DNA from: Smithella sp.
GTDB taxonomy: Bacteria; Desulfobacterota; Syntrophia; Syntrophales; Smithellaceae
Direction: 5' to 3'
Assembly: GCA_012522275.1 (NCBI GenBank)
Contig: JAAYKU010000256.1
Span: 2,639 to 66,638 of the forward strand
DNA length: 64,000 bases
How positions within the stretch are numbered: the first letter of the stretch is position 1; every line of letters starts with the position of its first letter. Below the pieces are notes generated by a model. It did no database searches. It worked only from the letters and a program-made list of their open reading frames with translations, and was not told the DNA's origin. Below are positions 26,807 through 36,548 of this stretch, piece after piece. The position numbers were made by a program, and so were the translations under genes.

Positions 26807-28888
26807 TTATTCCACCATCCCCAGAGATTTGACGTTCGCTTCGCGCGATATTTCATTGTGGGCCAGAATGACCACATTGGGTAAAAGCTTTTCCAGAATT
26901 TTGCGGAAATGAATCCTTGTATTCGGCGAGCAAAGAACTATGGGCTGCAGGCCGCCGGCTGTGAATGTGGCTACCATTTTCTGCAGGCTCGCCACCATCT
27001 TCTTGACGATATTCGGGTCAGGTGAAACAAAAGACTCATACTCGGTATGAGAAATGGAGCGGCTGATCTTATCCTCGATATCCGGGGACATGATCATTAC
27101 CGTGATGTTTCCTTCACTGTCCTGATACTGGCGTGTGATGGCGCGTCCCAGCGACTGCCTGACATAGCCGGTCAGTATATCGGCGTTTTTCGTCATTGGC
27201 ACATACTCACCCAGGGTTTCTATAATGGCCAAAAGATCACGGATGGAAATCCGCTCGCGCAACAGGCGCTGCAAGACACGGTGCAGAATATTGAGGGGCA
27301 CAATCTTGGGGACGAGTTCCTTGACTACACGCGGGTAAAGCTGCTCGAGATTGTCCACCAGCGACTGTACTTCCTGCCTGCCGAGCAGTTCGTCGGCGTA
27401 TGTTTTGGCAAGCTCCGTCAAATGGGTTGTCATCACAGTGGCCGGGTCAACCACCACGTGGCCCTTGGCCATAATCGCGTCTTTTTCACTGTCGGTCACC
27501 CATACGGCGGGAAGGCCGAAAGCAGGCTCTTTTGTGGCAACGCCTTTAATGGAGACGTCTTTGTCGTCTGCGGAAATGACCAGATGATATCCCATCATGA
27601 CGGAGCCGCGGGCGATTTCAACCCCTTTGAGCATCACCGTGTATTCGTCCGGCTTGAGCTTCAGATTGTCCCTGATATGAATCGCCGGCATGATGAAACC
27701 CATTTCCGAAGCAAGCTGGCGGCGCAGCGCCTTGATCCGCACGAGCAGTTCTCCCCCTTGGGCCGCGTCCACCAGTGGGATGAGCGTATAGCCGACTTCG
27801 AGCCCCAGAGCATCGAGCGGTGCGACAATATCGACCGCCTCCGCAGGCGCCGCTTCTTCCGCTTCCATCTGTTCGTCTGCAACCTTTTTGCGGGCAATAC
27901 TTTGCACCACCCGGTAGGCGACAAACCCGACGAGCGCGGCAACCAGTATAAAAGAGATCTTGGGCATGCCCGGAATCAGGGCAAACACAAACAGCATGAT
28001 AGCGGCTGTGGCAATCGCCCTGGGCTGGGTGAAAACCTGTGATTTCACCTCATCGCCCAGCTCGGTTGTTGTGGATGTCCTGGTAACCAGAATACCCGCC
28101 GCTGTCGACACGATCAGCGCCGGCACCTGCGTCACCAGACCGTCACCGACCGTCAACAAAGTGTAGTTTCTGGCCGCTTCCACCACCGGCATGCCTTTTT
28201 GCAAAACGCCGATAATCAAACCGCCGATAATATTGATCAGCACGATGAGTATGCCGGCAATCGCGTCGCCGCGGACAAACTTCGAGGCGCCGTCCATTGC
28301 TCCGTAAAAATTCGCCTCCTGCTCGATCTCGGCGCGCCTGCGCCTGGCATCATTGTCTGAAATCAGTCCCGCGTTGAGGTCCGCGTCGATGCTCATCTGC
28401 TTACCGGGCATGGCATCGAGAGTGAAACGCGCCGACACTTCCGCAACACGCGTCGCACCTTTCGTGATAACAATGAAGTTGATGAGCACCAGAACGAGAA
28501 AAACCACCATGCCGACGACATAATTACCGCCGACGACAAAAGTTCCGAAAGACTGGATCACCTGGCCGGCGGCCGATGTCCCCTCATTTCCGTGCAGCAG
28601 GATAAGCCGCGTCGAGGCGACGTTGAGCGCGAGCCGCAAAAGCGTCACCAAAAGCAGAACGGATGGAAACACGGAAAACTGCAGCGGCTTTAAAACATAC
28701 ATCGACATCAGCAGGATTATGATGGAAATGGCAATGCTGAAGGAAAGCAGAACGTCGAGCAGAAAGGTCGGAATCGGCAGGATCATGACCATGAGGATAG
28801 CGATGACGCCCATCGCGATCATTGCCGAGCTCGAACGTGCCGACTCTAAAAAAGCGTTTCCGCCTGCGCTTACCTGTGGTTCAGCCAT
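26807..28888 (-). CDS. flhA: Flagellar export gate protein FlhA
   Basis: 693 aa with a polytopic N-terminal domain, the FHIPEP region (FVRGDAIAGILIVLINIIGGL) and a large cytoplasmic C-domain. Confidence 0.95.
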   Translation of the reverse strand: MAEPQVSAGGNAFLESARSSSAMIAMGVIAILMVMILPIPTFLLDVLLSFSIAISIIILLMSMYVLKPLQFSVFPSVLLLVTLLRLALNVASTRLILLHGNEGTSAAGQVIQSFGTFVVGGNYVVGMVVFLVLVLINFIVITKGATRVAEVSARFTLDAMPGKQMSIDADLNAGLISDNDARRRRAEIEQEANFYGAMDGASKFVRGDAIAGILIVLINIIGGLIIGVLQKGMPVVEAARNYTLLTVGDGLVTQVPALIVSTAAGILVTRTSTTTELGDEVKSQVFTQPRAIATAAIMLFVFALIPGMPKISFILVAALVGFVAYRVVQSIARKKVADEQMEAEEAAPAEAVDIVAPLDALGLEVGYTLIPLVDAAQGGELLVRIKALRRQLASEMGFIMPAIHIRDNLKLKPDEYTVMLKGVEIARGSVMMGYHLVISADDKDVSIKGVATKEPAFGLPAVWVTDSEKDAIMAKGHVVVDPATVMTTHLTELAKTYADELLGRQEVQSLVDNLEQLYPRVVKELVPKIVPLNILHRVLQRLLRERISIRDLLAIIETLGEYVPMTKNADILTGYVRQSLGRAITRQYQDSEGNITVMIMSPDIEDKISRSISHTEYESFVSPDPNIVKKMVASLQKMVATFTAGGLQPIVLCSPNTRIHFRKILEKLLPNVVILAHNEISREANVKSLGMVE

Positions 28889-28893
28889 GAAAT

Positions 28894-29967
28894 TTATCCG
28901 AAGATCTTAACCCTTTTCTGTTCATATACAAACGCCAGAACTTCCGCCACCGCCTTGTATAGAGATTCCGGCACCATCGCGTTCACTTTAACTATTTTAT
29001 ACAATACCTGTGCCAATGGCTTGTCCTCAATGATGGGCACATCATTTTCCGCGGCAATGTTTCTTATCTTTTCGGCTATGAAATCCGCCCCCTTGGCTAC
29101 TACGACCGGCGCCGCCATTTTATCCGGTGAATATTTAATGGCGACGGCTAGGTGTGTCGGGTTGGTGATGACCACATCCGCCTTGGGCACTTCGGCCATC
29201 ATGCGCCGGTGGGCCATTTCCCTTTGAATCCGTCTGATTCTGGCTTTAATCAGGGGGTCTCCTTCCGTATTTTTGAATTCATCCTTTATCTCCTGCTTGG
29301 TCATCCGCAGGCTCTTTTCGTATTCCCAGCGCTGATAGGCGTAATCGAGCGCCGCCAGGAAAACCAGCACGACCGTCATCGCCAGCAGTATTTTAAAGCA
29401 GATACCTCCCATGTAAGCGAAAGTTCCCCAAGTCGGCTGATCCACCAGTAACGACAAATTGCCGAATTCCCGGCTGATAATCAGATAGGCGACTGAGCTG
29501 ATGACACAGACCTTCAAAACTCCCTTGAGCAGCTCGGCAAGCGACCGGACGGAAAAAAGTCTTTTGAACCCTTTGGCCGGGCTGATTTTTTCGATCTTCG
29601 GCTGGAGGCTTTCGCTGGAAAACAAAAAACCGAACTGAAGGACATTGCCGAGTACCGCAGCGATCAAAACGGCAATAATCAACGGAAAAAGAATGCCGAA
29701 ACCTTTGAAAATGCATCCAGTCAGAATCCTGCCGGCGCTGTCCGCGGTTAAATCCGCGCCGCCGGCCCGCCGCAGCACCCAAGCCATTAAATCGAGTGTT
29801 TTTGCAAGCATTCCCGGCCCGCCGAAGTAAAAGAAAATAAGCCCGGCAACCAGTATGCTGACCGACACAACTTCCTGCGAGCGTGCGATCTGGCCTTTTT
29901 CACGCGCCTCTTCCCGCCGCTTCGATGTTGCCTGTTCAGTTCGTTCCTGATCGTCGTTTTCTGCCAT
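28894..29967 (-). CDS. flhB: Flagellar export switch protein FlhB
   Basis: Four TM segments and the NPTH autocleavage site (VVITNPTHLAVAIKY). Confidence 0.95.
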   Translation of the reverse strand: MAENDDQERTEQATSKRREEAREKGQIARSQEVVSVSILVAGLIFFYFGGPGMLAKTLDLMAWVLRRAGGADLTADSAGRILTGCIFKGFGILFPLIIAVLIAAVLGNVLQFGFLFSSESLQPKIEKISPAKGFKRLFSVRSLAELLKGVLKVCVISSVAYLIISREFGNLSLLVDQPTWGTFAYMGGICFKILLAMTVVLVFLAALDYAYQRWEYEKSLRMTKQEIKDEFKNTEGDPLIKARIRRIQREMAHRRMMAEVPKADVVITNPTHLAVAIKYSPDKMAAPVVVAKGADFIAEKIRNIAAENDVPIIEDKPLAQVLYKIVKVNAMVPESLYKAVAEVLAFVYEQKRVKIFG

Positions 29968-30062
29968 CTTCTTTTCTCTCTAATCCTTCGGTGTTTGGAT
30001 GTTTGACACCTGCGTCAATATTCAGGCCGGTCCGGTTTTTTTCCACACGCCTGAAATTGTGC

Positions 30063-30842
30063 TTACATCAGGCGTAAAACACTGATCAGCTTGCCTTCCA
30101 GGTTGTTGAAGATCGCCTGGGTCATGCGCACAAACAGCGGCGAGGTCAGGCCTATGAATATCAGCCCCATGGATATCTGCAAAGGAAAGCCCACAATGAA
30201 AATATTCATCTGCGGCACGGTACGCGCCACAACGCCCAAGGCGACATTGGTAAAGATCATGACCGCCATCAAAGGCGCTGCTATTTTCAGAGCGATGACA
30301 AACATCTCTTTTGATGTGACAAAAAGCAGTTGCATCAGGTTCGGGGAAAAATGAAAGTTCAGTACGGCAACAAACTGATAGCTCTGAATGATGGCCTGGA
30401 AAAAAAGATGATGCGCATCGACGGTAATGAAAAGCAACATGGCGATGAGATATTTGAGCTGAGTGATAATGGAGACCATCTGCGCGCTCATGGGGTCGAT
30501 CACATTGGCTACGGCAAATCCCATCTGAAAGCCGATAATATCACCGGCAATTTGAATGGCGGCAAAGACAAGGCGCGCGGTAAAGCCGATGGTGAGGCCG
30601 ATGAGCACTTCGCCCGTTATCAAAATGATCAACTCGAGGATGTGGTAATTTTTTATTGAAGGTATCTGGTTGACAACCAATGGAAAGATAACCACGCTGA
30701 TGATGACGGCAAGGCCTGCTTTTATCCGTGCGGGAACACTGTTTTCAGACAGAACCGGAATGACCACGACAATCGCACTGACGCGTACAAGCACCAGAAT
30801 AAAAGATTCGAGATGATCCGCGGATAAAAAAGGCACTGTCAT
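30063..30842 (-). CDS. fliR: Flagellar export apparatus protein FliR
   Basis: 259-aa polytopic membrane protein in the fliPQR order. Confidence 0.9.
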   Translation of the reverse strand: MTVPFLSADHLESFILVLVRVSAIVVVIPVLSENSVPARIKAGLAVIISVVIFPLVVNQIPSIKNYHILELIILITGEVLIGLTIGFTARLVFAAIQIAGDIIGFQMGFAVANVIDPMSAQMVSIITQLKYLIAMLLFITVDAHHLFFQAIIQSYQFVAVLNFHFSPNLMQLLFVTSKEMFVIALKIAAPLMAVMIFTNVALGVVARTVPQMNIFIVGFPLQISMGLIFIGLTSPLFVRMTQAIFNNLEGKLISVLRLM

Positions 30843-30891
30843 TTATCTGTTCTCCCGGTTTGCCGCTTATCATCCGGCCACCCGTATTATG

Positions 30892-31167
30892 TCACTTAAC
30901 GTAAATGGGGATGCTGGTGTACAACCTATGTGTGAAATTTATCAGCAGCCCCATAATCCACGGCAGGGCCACCACCAGCGTGATTAAAACCCCGACGATT
31001 TTCGGTACGAAAACCAGGGTCATTTCCTGTATCTGTGTAACGGCCTGAAACAGGCTGATGAGCACGCCGATAATCAGGCCGACGATCAGCATCGGCGCGG
31101 CAACCAGCAGGGTGGTCTTGATTGTTTCGGCCATCAGCCCCATAACCACGTCGGGCGTCATTTTCAT
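30892..31167 (-). CDS. fliQ: Flagellar export apparatus protein FliQ
   Basis: 91-aa protein with two TM segments (LLVAAPMLIVGLIIGVLISLFQAVTQIQEMTLVFVPKI). Confidence 0.9.
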   Translation of the reverse strand: MKMTPDVVMGLMAETIKTTLLVAAPMLIVGLIIGVLISLFQAVTQIQEMTLVFVPKIVGVLITLVVALPWIMGLLINFTHRLYTSIPIYVK

Positions 31168-31176
31168 TCTCCTCGT

Positions 31177-31950
31177 CTAATGAAAGCTCTTCACTAAAGA
31201 ACCGACAATCAGGTGCCAGCCATCCACCAGGACAAAAAGCAACAGTTTGAACGGAAGGCTCACCATGATCGGCGGCAACATCATCATACCCATCGACAAA
31301 AGGACACTGGCCACCACCATATCCAGAATCAGAAAAGGCAGATAAATCATAAAACCTATCTGAAAGGCGGTTTTCAGCTCACTGATGACAAAGGCCGGCA
31401 CCAGACTCGAAAGTGAAACATCGTCCGGCGTGGCCGGCTGCCCGTCACCGGATATTTTAATAAAAAGCGCCAGATCCTTTTCCCTCACCTGCCTGAGCAT
31501 GAATTCTTTCACCGGCACGACAGCCCTGGTCATCGCCGTTTCTCCGGAAATCTGCTCTTCGTAATATGGTTTGAGAGCTTCGGTATTCACCCGGCTGATT
31601 ACCGGCGACATGATGAAAAAAGTAAGAAACAGGGCCAGGCCCACAATCACTTGATTGGGGGGCATCTGCTGCGTTCCCATGGCGTTTCGCACCAGCGACA
31701 GCACAATCACCACCCTGGTAAACGATGTGACCATCAGCAGGATGGCCGGCGCCAGCGTCAGAATCGTCAGTAAAATGACCAGTTGAATCAGAGACTGAAT
31801 TTTTTCCGGTTCGGTCGTTCCTCCGCTGAGTGTCAGATTGACATTGGGAAGCGAGAAAGGCTCCGCGGCGACGGCCGCCCCCGCAAGAACAAGGACCGGA
31901 AAGATCAAAACGGCCGTAACCAGTAAAATGATGCCTGTGTGCCTTTTCAT
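31177..31950 (-). CDS. fliP: Flagellar export apparatus protein FliP
   Basis: Signal peptide plus conserved FTRVVIVLSLVRNAMGTQQMPPNQV and GFMIYLPFLILDMVVASVLLSMGMMMLPP. Confidence 0.95.
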   Translation of the reverse strand: MKRHTGIILLVTAVLIFPVLVLAGAAVAAEPFSLPNVNLTLSGGTTEPEKIQSLIQLVILLTILTLAPAILLMVTSFTRVVIVLSLVRNAMGTQQMPPNQVIVGLALFLTFFIMSPVISRVNTEALKPYYEEQISGETAMTRAVVPVKEFMLRQVREKDLALFIKISGDGQPATPDDVSLSSLVPAFVISELKTAFQIGFMIYLPFLILDMVVASVLLSMGMMMLPPIMVSLPFKLLLFVLVDGWHLIVGSLVKSFH

Positions 31951-32345
31951 TTTCCGGACCCGTCTATTTTTCTTTTTGCCGAAAAACCGGCCAGGCTCAG
32001 CAGTTTTGATATTTTGTCGCCGGAAAAAGACGCCTTGTACCCGGACTGCCTTGCTTTTATTTTCTCCGCAAACACAGGGTCGTCGATATGGGCAAGGGTG
32101 GTCATTTGCTGGCCGGAAATACCGACCACGATAAGCTGATCCATGACCTCGACAAGCATGATGCTGGATTTAGGCCCCAGGTATTTAGAATAGACAATGT
32201 TGATCAAATCCTGATCGGTCGCGGAAGGGGCCGGCCGCTGCATGAAGTTTTTTACAAAGTACATGACCCCGATCATCAAGCCCAGGACAACCGCGAGCGC
32301 GAAGATCATTTTCAGAAATGAGGACAGCAGTGAAATATTTTCCAT
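31947..32345 (-). CDS. fliO: FliO/FliZ-type protein
   Basis: Single N-terminal TM segment (FALAVVLGLMIGVMYFV), 132 aa. It lies between fliN and fliP and overlaps the fliP start by 4 nt. Confidence 0.65.
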   Translation of the reverse strand: MENISLLSSFLKMIFALAVVLGLMIGVMYFVKNFMQRPAPSATDQDLINIVYSKYLGPKSSIMLVEVMDQLIVVGISGQQMTTLAHIDDPVFAEKIKARQSGYKASFSGDKISKLLSLAGFSAKRKIDGSGK

Positions 32346-32358
32346 GTTTTTAACTCAT

Positions 32359-32817
32359 TCATCCCAGCTTGTTGACCCTCTCGGCAGGCGATACAATATC
32401 GGTGAGGCGCACGCCGAATTTTTCATTGACCACCACCACCTCGCCGCGCGCGATGAGGCGTTGATTCACGAAAATATCCATCGGCTCCCCCGCCAGCTTG
32501 GAAAGCTCCAGCACGGAGCCTTGCCCCAGTTGCAGAAGCTCACTGATAAGCATCTTGCTTCTGCCCAGCTCTGCCGTGAGCGTCAGCGGAATGTCCATGA
32601 TGAAGTCGATGTTGATATTGGGCCTGCCATCAGGTTTGGCTTTTTGAAGCTCTTCAAATTGGACATTGGATATTTCCGTTTTCTGTTCCACCGGATGTGA
32701 GGAGCGCTCCATTTCATCTTGCACGTCGTCCCAGCCGATATTATCGTCTGATGCGGACACATCCTCTTTCGCCATTCCCGCGTTTTTCATCAATTCATCT
32801 ATTTCATTCTGTTCCAT
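32359..32817 (-). CDS. fliN: C-ring protein FliN
   Basis: C-terminal SpoA domain: PLTLTAELGRSKMLISELLQLGQGSVLELSKLAGEPMDIFVNQRLIARGEVVVVNEKFGVRLTDI. Confidence 0.9.
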   Translation of the reverse strand: MEQNEIDELMKNAGMAKEDVSASDDNIGWDDVQDEMERSSHPVEQKTEISNVQFEELQKAKPDGRPNINIDFIMDIPLTLTAELGRSKMLISELLQLGQGSVLELSKLAGEPMDIFVNQRLIARGEVVVVNEKFGVRLTDIVSPAERVNKLG

Positions 32818-33805
32818 ATTCTACATCCTCTTTTTCCGTTAATATCTGTGATATCTGGACCGCTTTGTTGCCCTTGAATATTCCGGGATGGCCTTTGTAT
32901 TTCGGAATTCCCTCAACATAGATATCCAGCGGATCGGAAGCATAGTGGTCCAGCTGGATAACATCGCCTTTTTTCAGGTGGGCAATATCCTTGCCCAAAA
33001 TTGAAACCCTTCCCAACTCCACCATCATATCGACTTTTGATTCTATAAGGCCCGCTTTGAAGCGGTTGTTCCAGGCCCGATCCACTTCGAGCTGTTCGCT
33101 TTGAAAGCCCGCCGCCAGCTTTTCCTTGACCGGTTCGAGCATGGCATACGGGATGCAAATGGAGATGACCCCCGAGGTGTATTCGACTTCCACCTCGAAA
33201 TTCATGACCACCACGACATCCGTGGGGGGGACAATCTGCGCGAACTGGGGATTGACCTCCGCCCTCTGATAGCTGATGGTGAGATCGATCAAAGGTTTCC
33301 AGCATTTTTCCAGGTCGGCAAGAGCGCTTAAGACAATTTTCTTGATCAGATTGTTTTCTATGGCGGTGAATTCCCGCCCCTCGATTTTAAATACCTCCGT
33401 ACCCGTACCGCCGAAAATGATATCCACCAGCGTGAAAATAACTTTGGATTCCACTACAAAAATAGCGGTGCCGCGCATGGGGTCCATGCGGAACAGATGA
33501 AGACTGGTAGGCACAGGCAGAGTTTTGAGAAACTCGCCGAATTTGATCATGTCGGCCGACACGGCGGTAATGGAGATGACTTTGCGCAAAATGGAAGAAA
33601 GTGTCGTGCGGAAAGTGCGGGCGTATTTCTCGTTGGTCATCTCCAGCGTGGGCATCCGGCCGCGGATAATCCTGTCCTGACTTGTCAGGTCGTAGGGCAT
33701 GATTGCGCCCGGTTCGTGATATACCTCTACCTCAGTTTCAATATCGCCGCCGGAAATCCCGCGAAGCAGGGCATCGACTTCTTCTTGTGAAAGTATGTTC
33801 GCCAT
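32804..33805 (-). CDS. fliM: C-ring switch protein FliM
   Basis: N-terminal CheY-P-binding motif LSQEEVDALL, with the FliM middle and C-terminal SpoA-like domains. Confidence 0.95.
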   Translation of the reverse strand: MANILSQEEVDALLRGISGGDIETEVEVYHEPGAIMPYDLTSQDRIIRGRMPTLEMTNEKYARTFRTTLSSILRKVISITAVSADMIKFGEFLKTLPVPTSLHLFRMDPMRGTAIFVVESKVIFTLVDIIFGGTGTEVFKIEGREFTAIENNLIKKIVLSALADLEKCWKPLIDLTISYQRAEVNPQFAQIVPPTDVVVVMNFEVEVEYTSGVISICIPYAMLEPVKEKLAAGFQSEQLEVDRAWNNRFKAGLIESKVDMMVELGRVSILGKDIAHLKKGDVIQLDHYASDPLDIYVEGIPKYKGHPGIFKGNKAVQISQILTEKEDVEYGTE

Positions 33806-33831
33806 GAAATTTAGCCTTATCTCCGGCAGTT

Positions 33832-34374
33832 TTATTGAATGACAAATTCAGTGAAGTACACTTTATTCACTCTGCCTTTATTATGATCAAGAATCATGTT
33901 CAGTCTGGTGGCAATCTCATCGCGCAGTCTCTGTTTGCCCAGCGGGTCGATCATCTCGCGATAGGTTTTTGAAGTCAGCAAATCCAGAATCGTATCACGC
34001 AGCATCGGGTTTAAACGTCTTAATTCATCGACTGTCCTCTGCTCGGAAAGCTCCACCTGCATGGTGACTTTCAGATACCTCTCTGTTTCGTTGTCCAGCA
34101 GATTGACAATGAAAGGTTCCATCGGGAAAAAAACAATAGTTTTGGGCTGCTCGACGGCGGCGGGCTTGACCTCGGCGCTTTGGGGGTTTGGCTTTAAAAA
34201 GAAGAAGTAGGCGCCGGCCGCCCCTCCCGCGATCAAAAACAAAAAGACAATCAGAATGATAATGAGCGGCAGTTTAGACTTTTTTGTGCCTGCCTGCTGC
34301 TGCTGCCCGTTTTCATTTTCATCGTCCGACACGTTTTGCCCCGTGTCTATTTCTCTTTTATCATCGGCTGCCAT
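33832..34374 (-). CDS. fliL: Basal-body-associated protein FliL
   Basis: One TM segment and the FliL core (FFPMEPFIVNLLDNETERYLKVTMQVEL...RLNPMLRDTILDLL...VNKVYFTEFVIQ). I chose the ATG at 34374; the ORF-track start is 34392. Confidence 0.85.
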   Translation of the reverse strand: MAADDKREIDTGQNVSDDENENGQQQQAGTKKSKLPLIIILIVFLFLIAGGAAGAYFFFLKPNPQSAEVKPAAVEQPKTIVFFPMEPFIVNLLDNETERYLKVTMQVELSEQRTVDELRRLNPMLRDTILDLLTSKTYREMIDPLGKQRLRDEIATRLNMILDHNKGRVNKVYFTEFVIQ

Positions 34375-34414
34375 AAACGTCACCACCCCCAAAGTTTCAT
34401 TTAATCAGTTTGAT

Positions 34415-34430
34415 AGCAAAGAACATACCA
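34415..34430 (-). promoter_or_regulatory. Sigma-54 promoter of the fliL-fliMNOPQR-flhBA-flhFG-fliA unit
   Basis: The minus-strand reading is TGGTAT-GTTCT-TTGCT, 41 nt upstream of the fliL ATG. Confidence 0.7.
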
Positions 34431-34540
34431 CTGGCGTATTTTTTTATCACCGTCATTTGACTGTTATTTCAAGGCATTATAAACATGTTCACCTGGGATG
34501 ATTATAAAAGACCGGATGAACTTTCTTTTTTTGACGAAAT

Positions 34541-34554
34541 GTCAAATAATTGAC
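34541..34554. promoter_or_regulatory. GTCA-N6-TGAC palindrome (candidate enhancer-binding-protein site) upstream of the fliL promoter
   Basis: GTCAAATAATTGAC is a perfect palindrome centred ~118 nt upstream of the -24 element. An overlapping TGACGAAATGTCA is also present. Confidence 0.45.
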
Positions 34555-34590
34555 AAGGTGGAAGGGGTGACGATACAGAAAAGTTTGTGG

Positions 34591-34633
34591 AAAAACTGTC
34601 GGGCGATGCCGGCCTGAGCCGGCGCCGTCCGAC
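34591..34633 (-). terminator. Rho-independent terminator after flgE
   Basis: The minus-strand reading GTCGGACGGCGCCGGC-TCAG-GCCGGCATCGCCCGAC forms a GC-rich hairpin followed by TTTTT. Confidence 0.6.
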
Positions 34634-34640
34634 GTGGTCG

Positions 34641-35852
34641 TTATTGCTTGATGTTCATCAGCACCTGCATGAGTGTGTCCTCCGTTGTGATCACCTTAGC
34701 GTTGGCCTGATACGCTTTTTGCGCAGTGATCATGCGGATAAATTCCGTGGCGATATCCGTGTTGGACATCTCGAGCGTATTGGGAGTCAGCGTTCCCATA
34801 CCGGACGCTCCGGGAATGTTGCGCACGGATGAACCGGACATGACCGTTTCTCCAAAGAGGTTTGAACCCAGCTTATTGAGCGCCCAGGGGTTGGGGAAAG
34901 AAGCCAGTATGATCTGCGCCAGCTCGGCTGTCTGACCGTTGGTGAAAAATCCGCTGATCACCCCTTCCGTATCAATGGCCAGCGACTTTAAGTTACCGGA
35001 GGCATATCCGTCCGCTGTGGTGGCCCGAATTACCGACGCAGATGCGTACTGCGTGATTCCCAATGCCTGCTGACTGGTCAAATCCCAGATGACCGGATCG
35101 AATACGGCCCCCGTAGTCAGAGGCGGCATCGTAATTTCGACATCGGAGGGTGAAAGCATCGCTCCGCTGCTGTCGAAGGCAAACACCACCGGATCCGGGT
35201 CAGTTGACGCTACGTCATTTCCGTCCAGAGAAAAAGTAACACTCCATTCATTGACGTTCGTCTTCGTAAACAGAGACTCAAAGGTATGCACCGCACCCAA
35301 CGAATCGTAGATGGACTGGGTTGTGGTGTAGGTGGAGCCGACAGCGCTTTGAGAATTGAGGTTGGCCCCCAGCGAATAGCTCGTGGTCATTTGCGGCTCC
35401 GACTGCAGACCGGTCAGTATAATGTTTCCCAGTGCACTCAATGTGCCGTCATCCTGGACCATCTGCCCCTGGAGAAAATAGCCGTTGATGTCCACGAGCA
35501 CACCCGTCTCGTTGAGATGGAAAGCACCGGCTCTGGTGTAATAAGTCGCCCCCTCCAGGTCATTGACCATGAAGAATCCGTCCCCGTCAATGGCGGCATC
35601 CGTGGCGTTTCCCGTCGTTTCGAACGAGCCGGGGGCAAAAGAGGTCTGAACCTCCGCTACCGCCACGCCGCGTCCGACCTGCAGCGTTCCGGATGACCCG
35701 CCGGAAATACTCGAGCTCAATACGTCCGCGAAAAAAGTCATGTCTCCTTTAAAACCCAGCGTGTTGACGTTAGCCAGATTGTTGGCCACAACGTCAAGCT
35801 GTTTTGCGCTGGCATTCAATCCTGATATTCCCGCCCATAGTGCACTGCCCAT
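34641..35852 (-). CDS. flgE: Flagellar hook protein FlgE
   Basis: N-terminus MGSALWAGISGLNASAKQLDVVANNLANVNTLGFK and C-terminus LEMSNTDIATEFIRMITAQKAYQANAKVITTEDTLMQ. Confidence 0.95.
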   Translation of the reverse strand: MGSALWAGISGLNASAKQLDVVANNLANVNTLGFKGDMTFFADVLSSSISGGSSGTLQVGRGVAVAEVQTSFAPGSFETTGNATDAAIDGDGFFMVNDLEGATYYTRAGAFHLNETGVLVDINGYFLQGQMVQDDGTLSALGNIILTGLQSEPQMTTSYSLGANLNSQSAVGSTYTTTQSIYDSLGAVHTFESLFTKTNVNEWSVTFSLDGNDVASTDPDPVVFAFDSSGAMLSPSDVEITMPPLTTGAVFDPVIWDLTSQQALGITQYASASVIRATTADGYASGNLKSLAIDTEGVISGFFTNGQTAELAQIILASFPNPWALNKLGSNLFGETVMSGSSVRNIPGASGMGTLTPNTLEMSNTDIATEFIRMITAQKAYQANAKVITTEDTLMQVLMNIKQ

Positions 35853-35880
35853 AACATTCCTCCTGTATTACAAATTTAAG

Positions 35881-36537
35881 TTAAGAATCTGTTTTAGTTA
35901 TTGAAACGACATTGGAAAATGCCACTTCCGCTCCATTGATTGTCAGATAGGGGATTGAGTTTTTGAAAGACACGCCGGAAATCGTTCCGGAAATCATTTT
36001 TTCAGGATTCACGGCCTGCCCTCTGCTGTCAAATGCGTTAACTTCAAAGGTATAGTTTCCCGGAGACTGCGAAGTGGAATTCCACATTACACTTTGCAGT
36101 CCGGTTTTCTGTGAACCTATGTTGATGCTGTCCACCAGCATGCCGCTTGCGTTGTAAACCTTGACGGTGCCGCTTTGAATATCCGCCGGCAGGCGATAGG
36201 ATATTTTCGTGACGGAACCGCTGACCGTTAAGGCATCACCTTTAGCCATTGCCTCGTTTCCGATCAGGTTCGCCATTTGCGCGTTGCTGAACTGGTTCAG
36301 ATAAACAGGCATTGCGCTCATCGTCTCATTGAGATTGCTCAGTTGTTCGAGTGAACTAAACTGCGCCAACTGGGCGACAAACGCGGTTCCATCCATTGGG
36401 TTTAGTGGATCCTGATTCTGCAGCTGTGCAATCAGCATTTTAAGAAACGCGTCCTTGCCCAGTGTATTGTCCACCCTTTTTGCCGCACTGTTACCGGAAT
36501 AGCCGGCAGCCGTTGTATCTTGTATTCCTGTCATCAT
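35881..36537 (-). CDS. flgD: Hook capping/assembly protein FlgD
   Basis: N-terminal motif LGKDAFLKMLIAQLQNQDPLNPMD with a FlgD Ig-like C-terminal half. Confidence 0.9.
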   Translation of the reverse strand: MMTGIQDTTAAGYSGNSAAKRVDNTLGKDAFLKMLIAQLQNQDPLNPMDGTAFVAQLAQFSSLEQLSNLNETMSAMPVYLNQFSNAQMANLIGNEAMAKGDALTVSGSVTKISYRLPADIQSGTVKVYNASGMLVDSINIGSQKTGLQSVMWNSTSQSPGNYTFEVNAFDSRGQAVNPEKMISGTISGVSFKNSIPYLTINGAEVAFSNVVSITKTDS

Positions 36538-36548
36538 GCTTTTCTCCT

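Noticed and set aside
27047-28042. 331-aa plus-strand ORF
   Set aside because: It lies entirely antisense to flhA, has a low-complexity Arg/His/Gly-rich translation and no RBS. It is a shadow ORF of a strongly supported gene.
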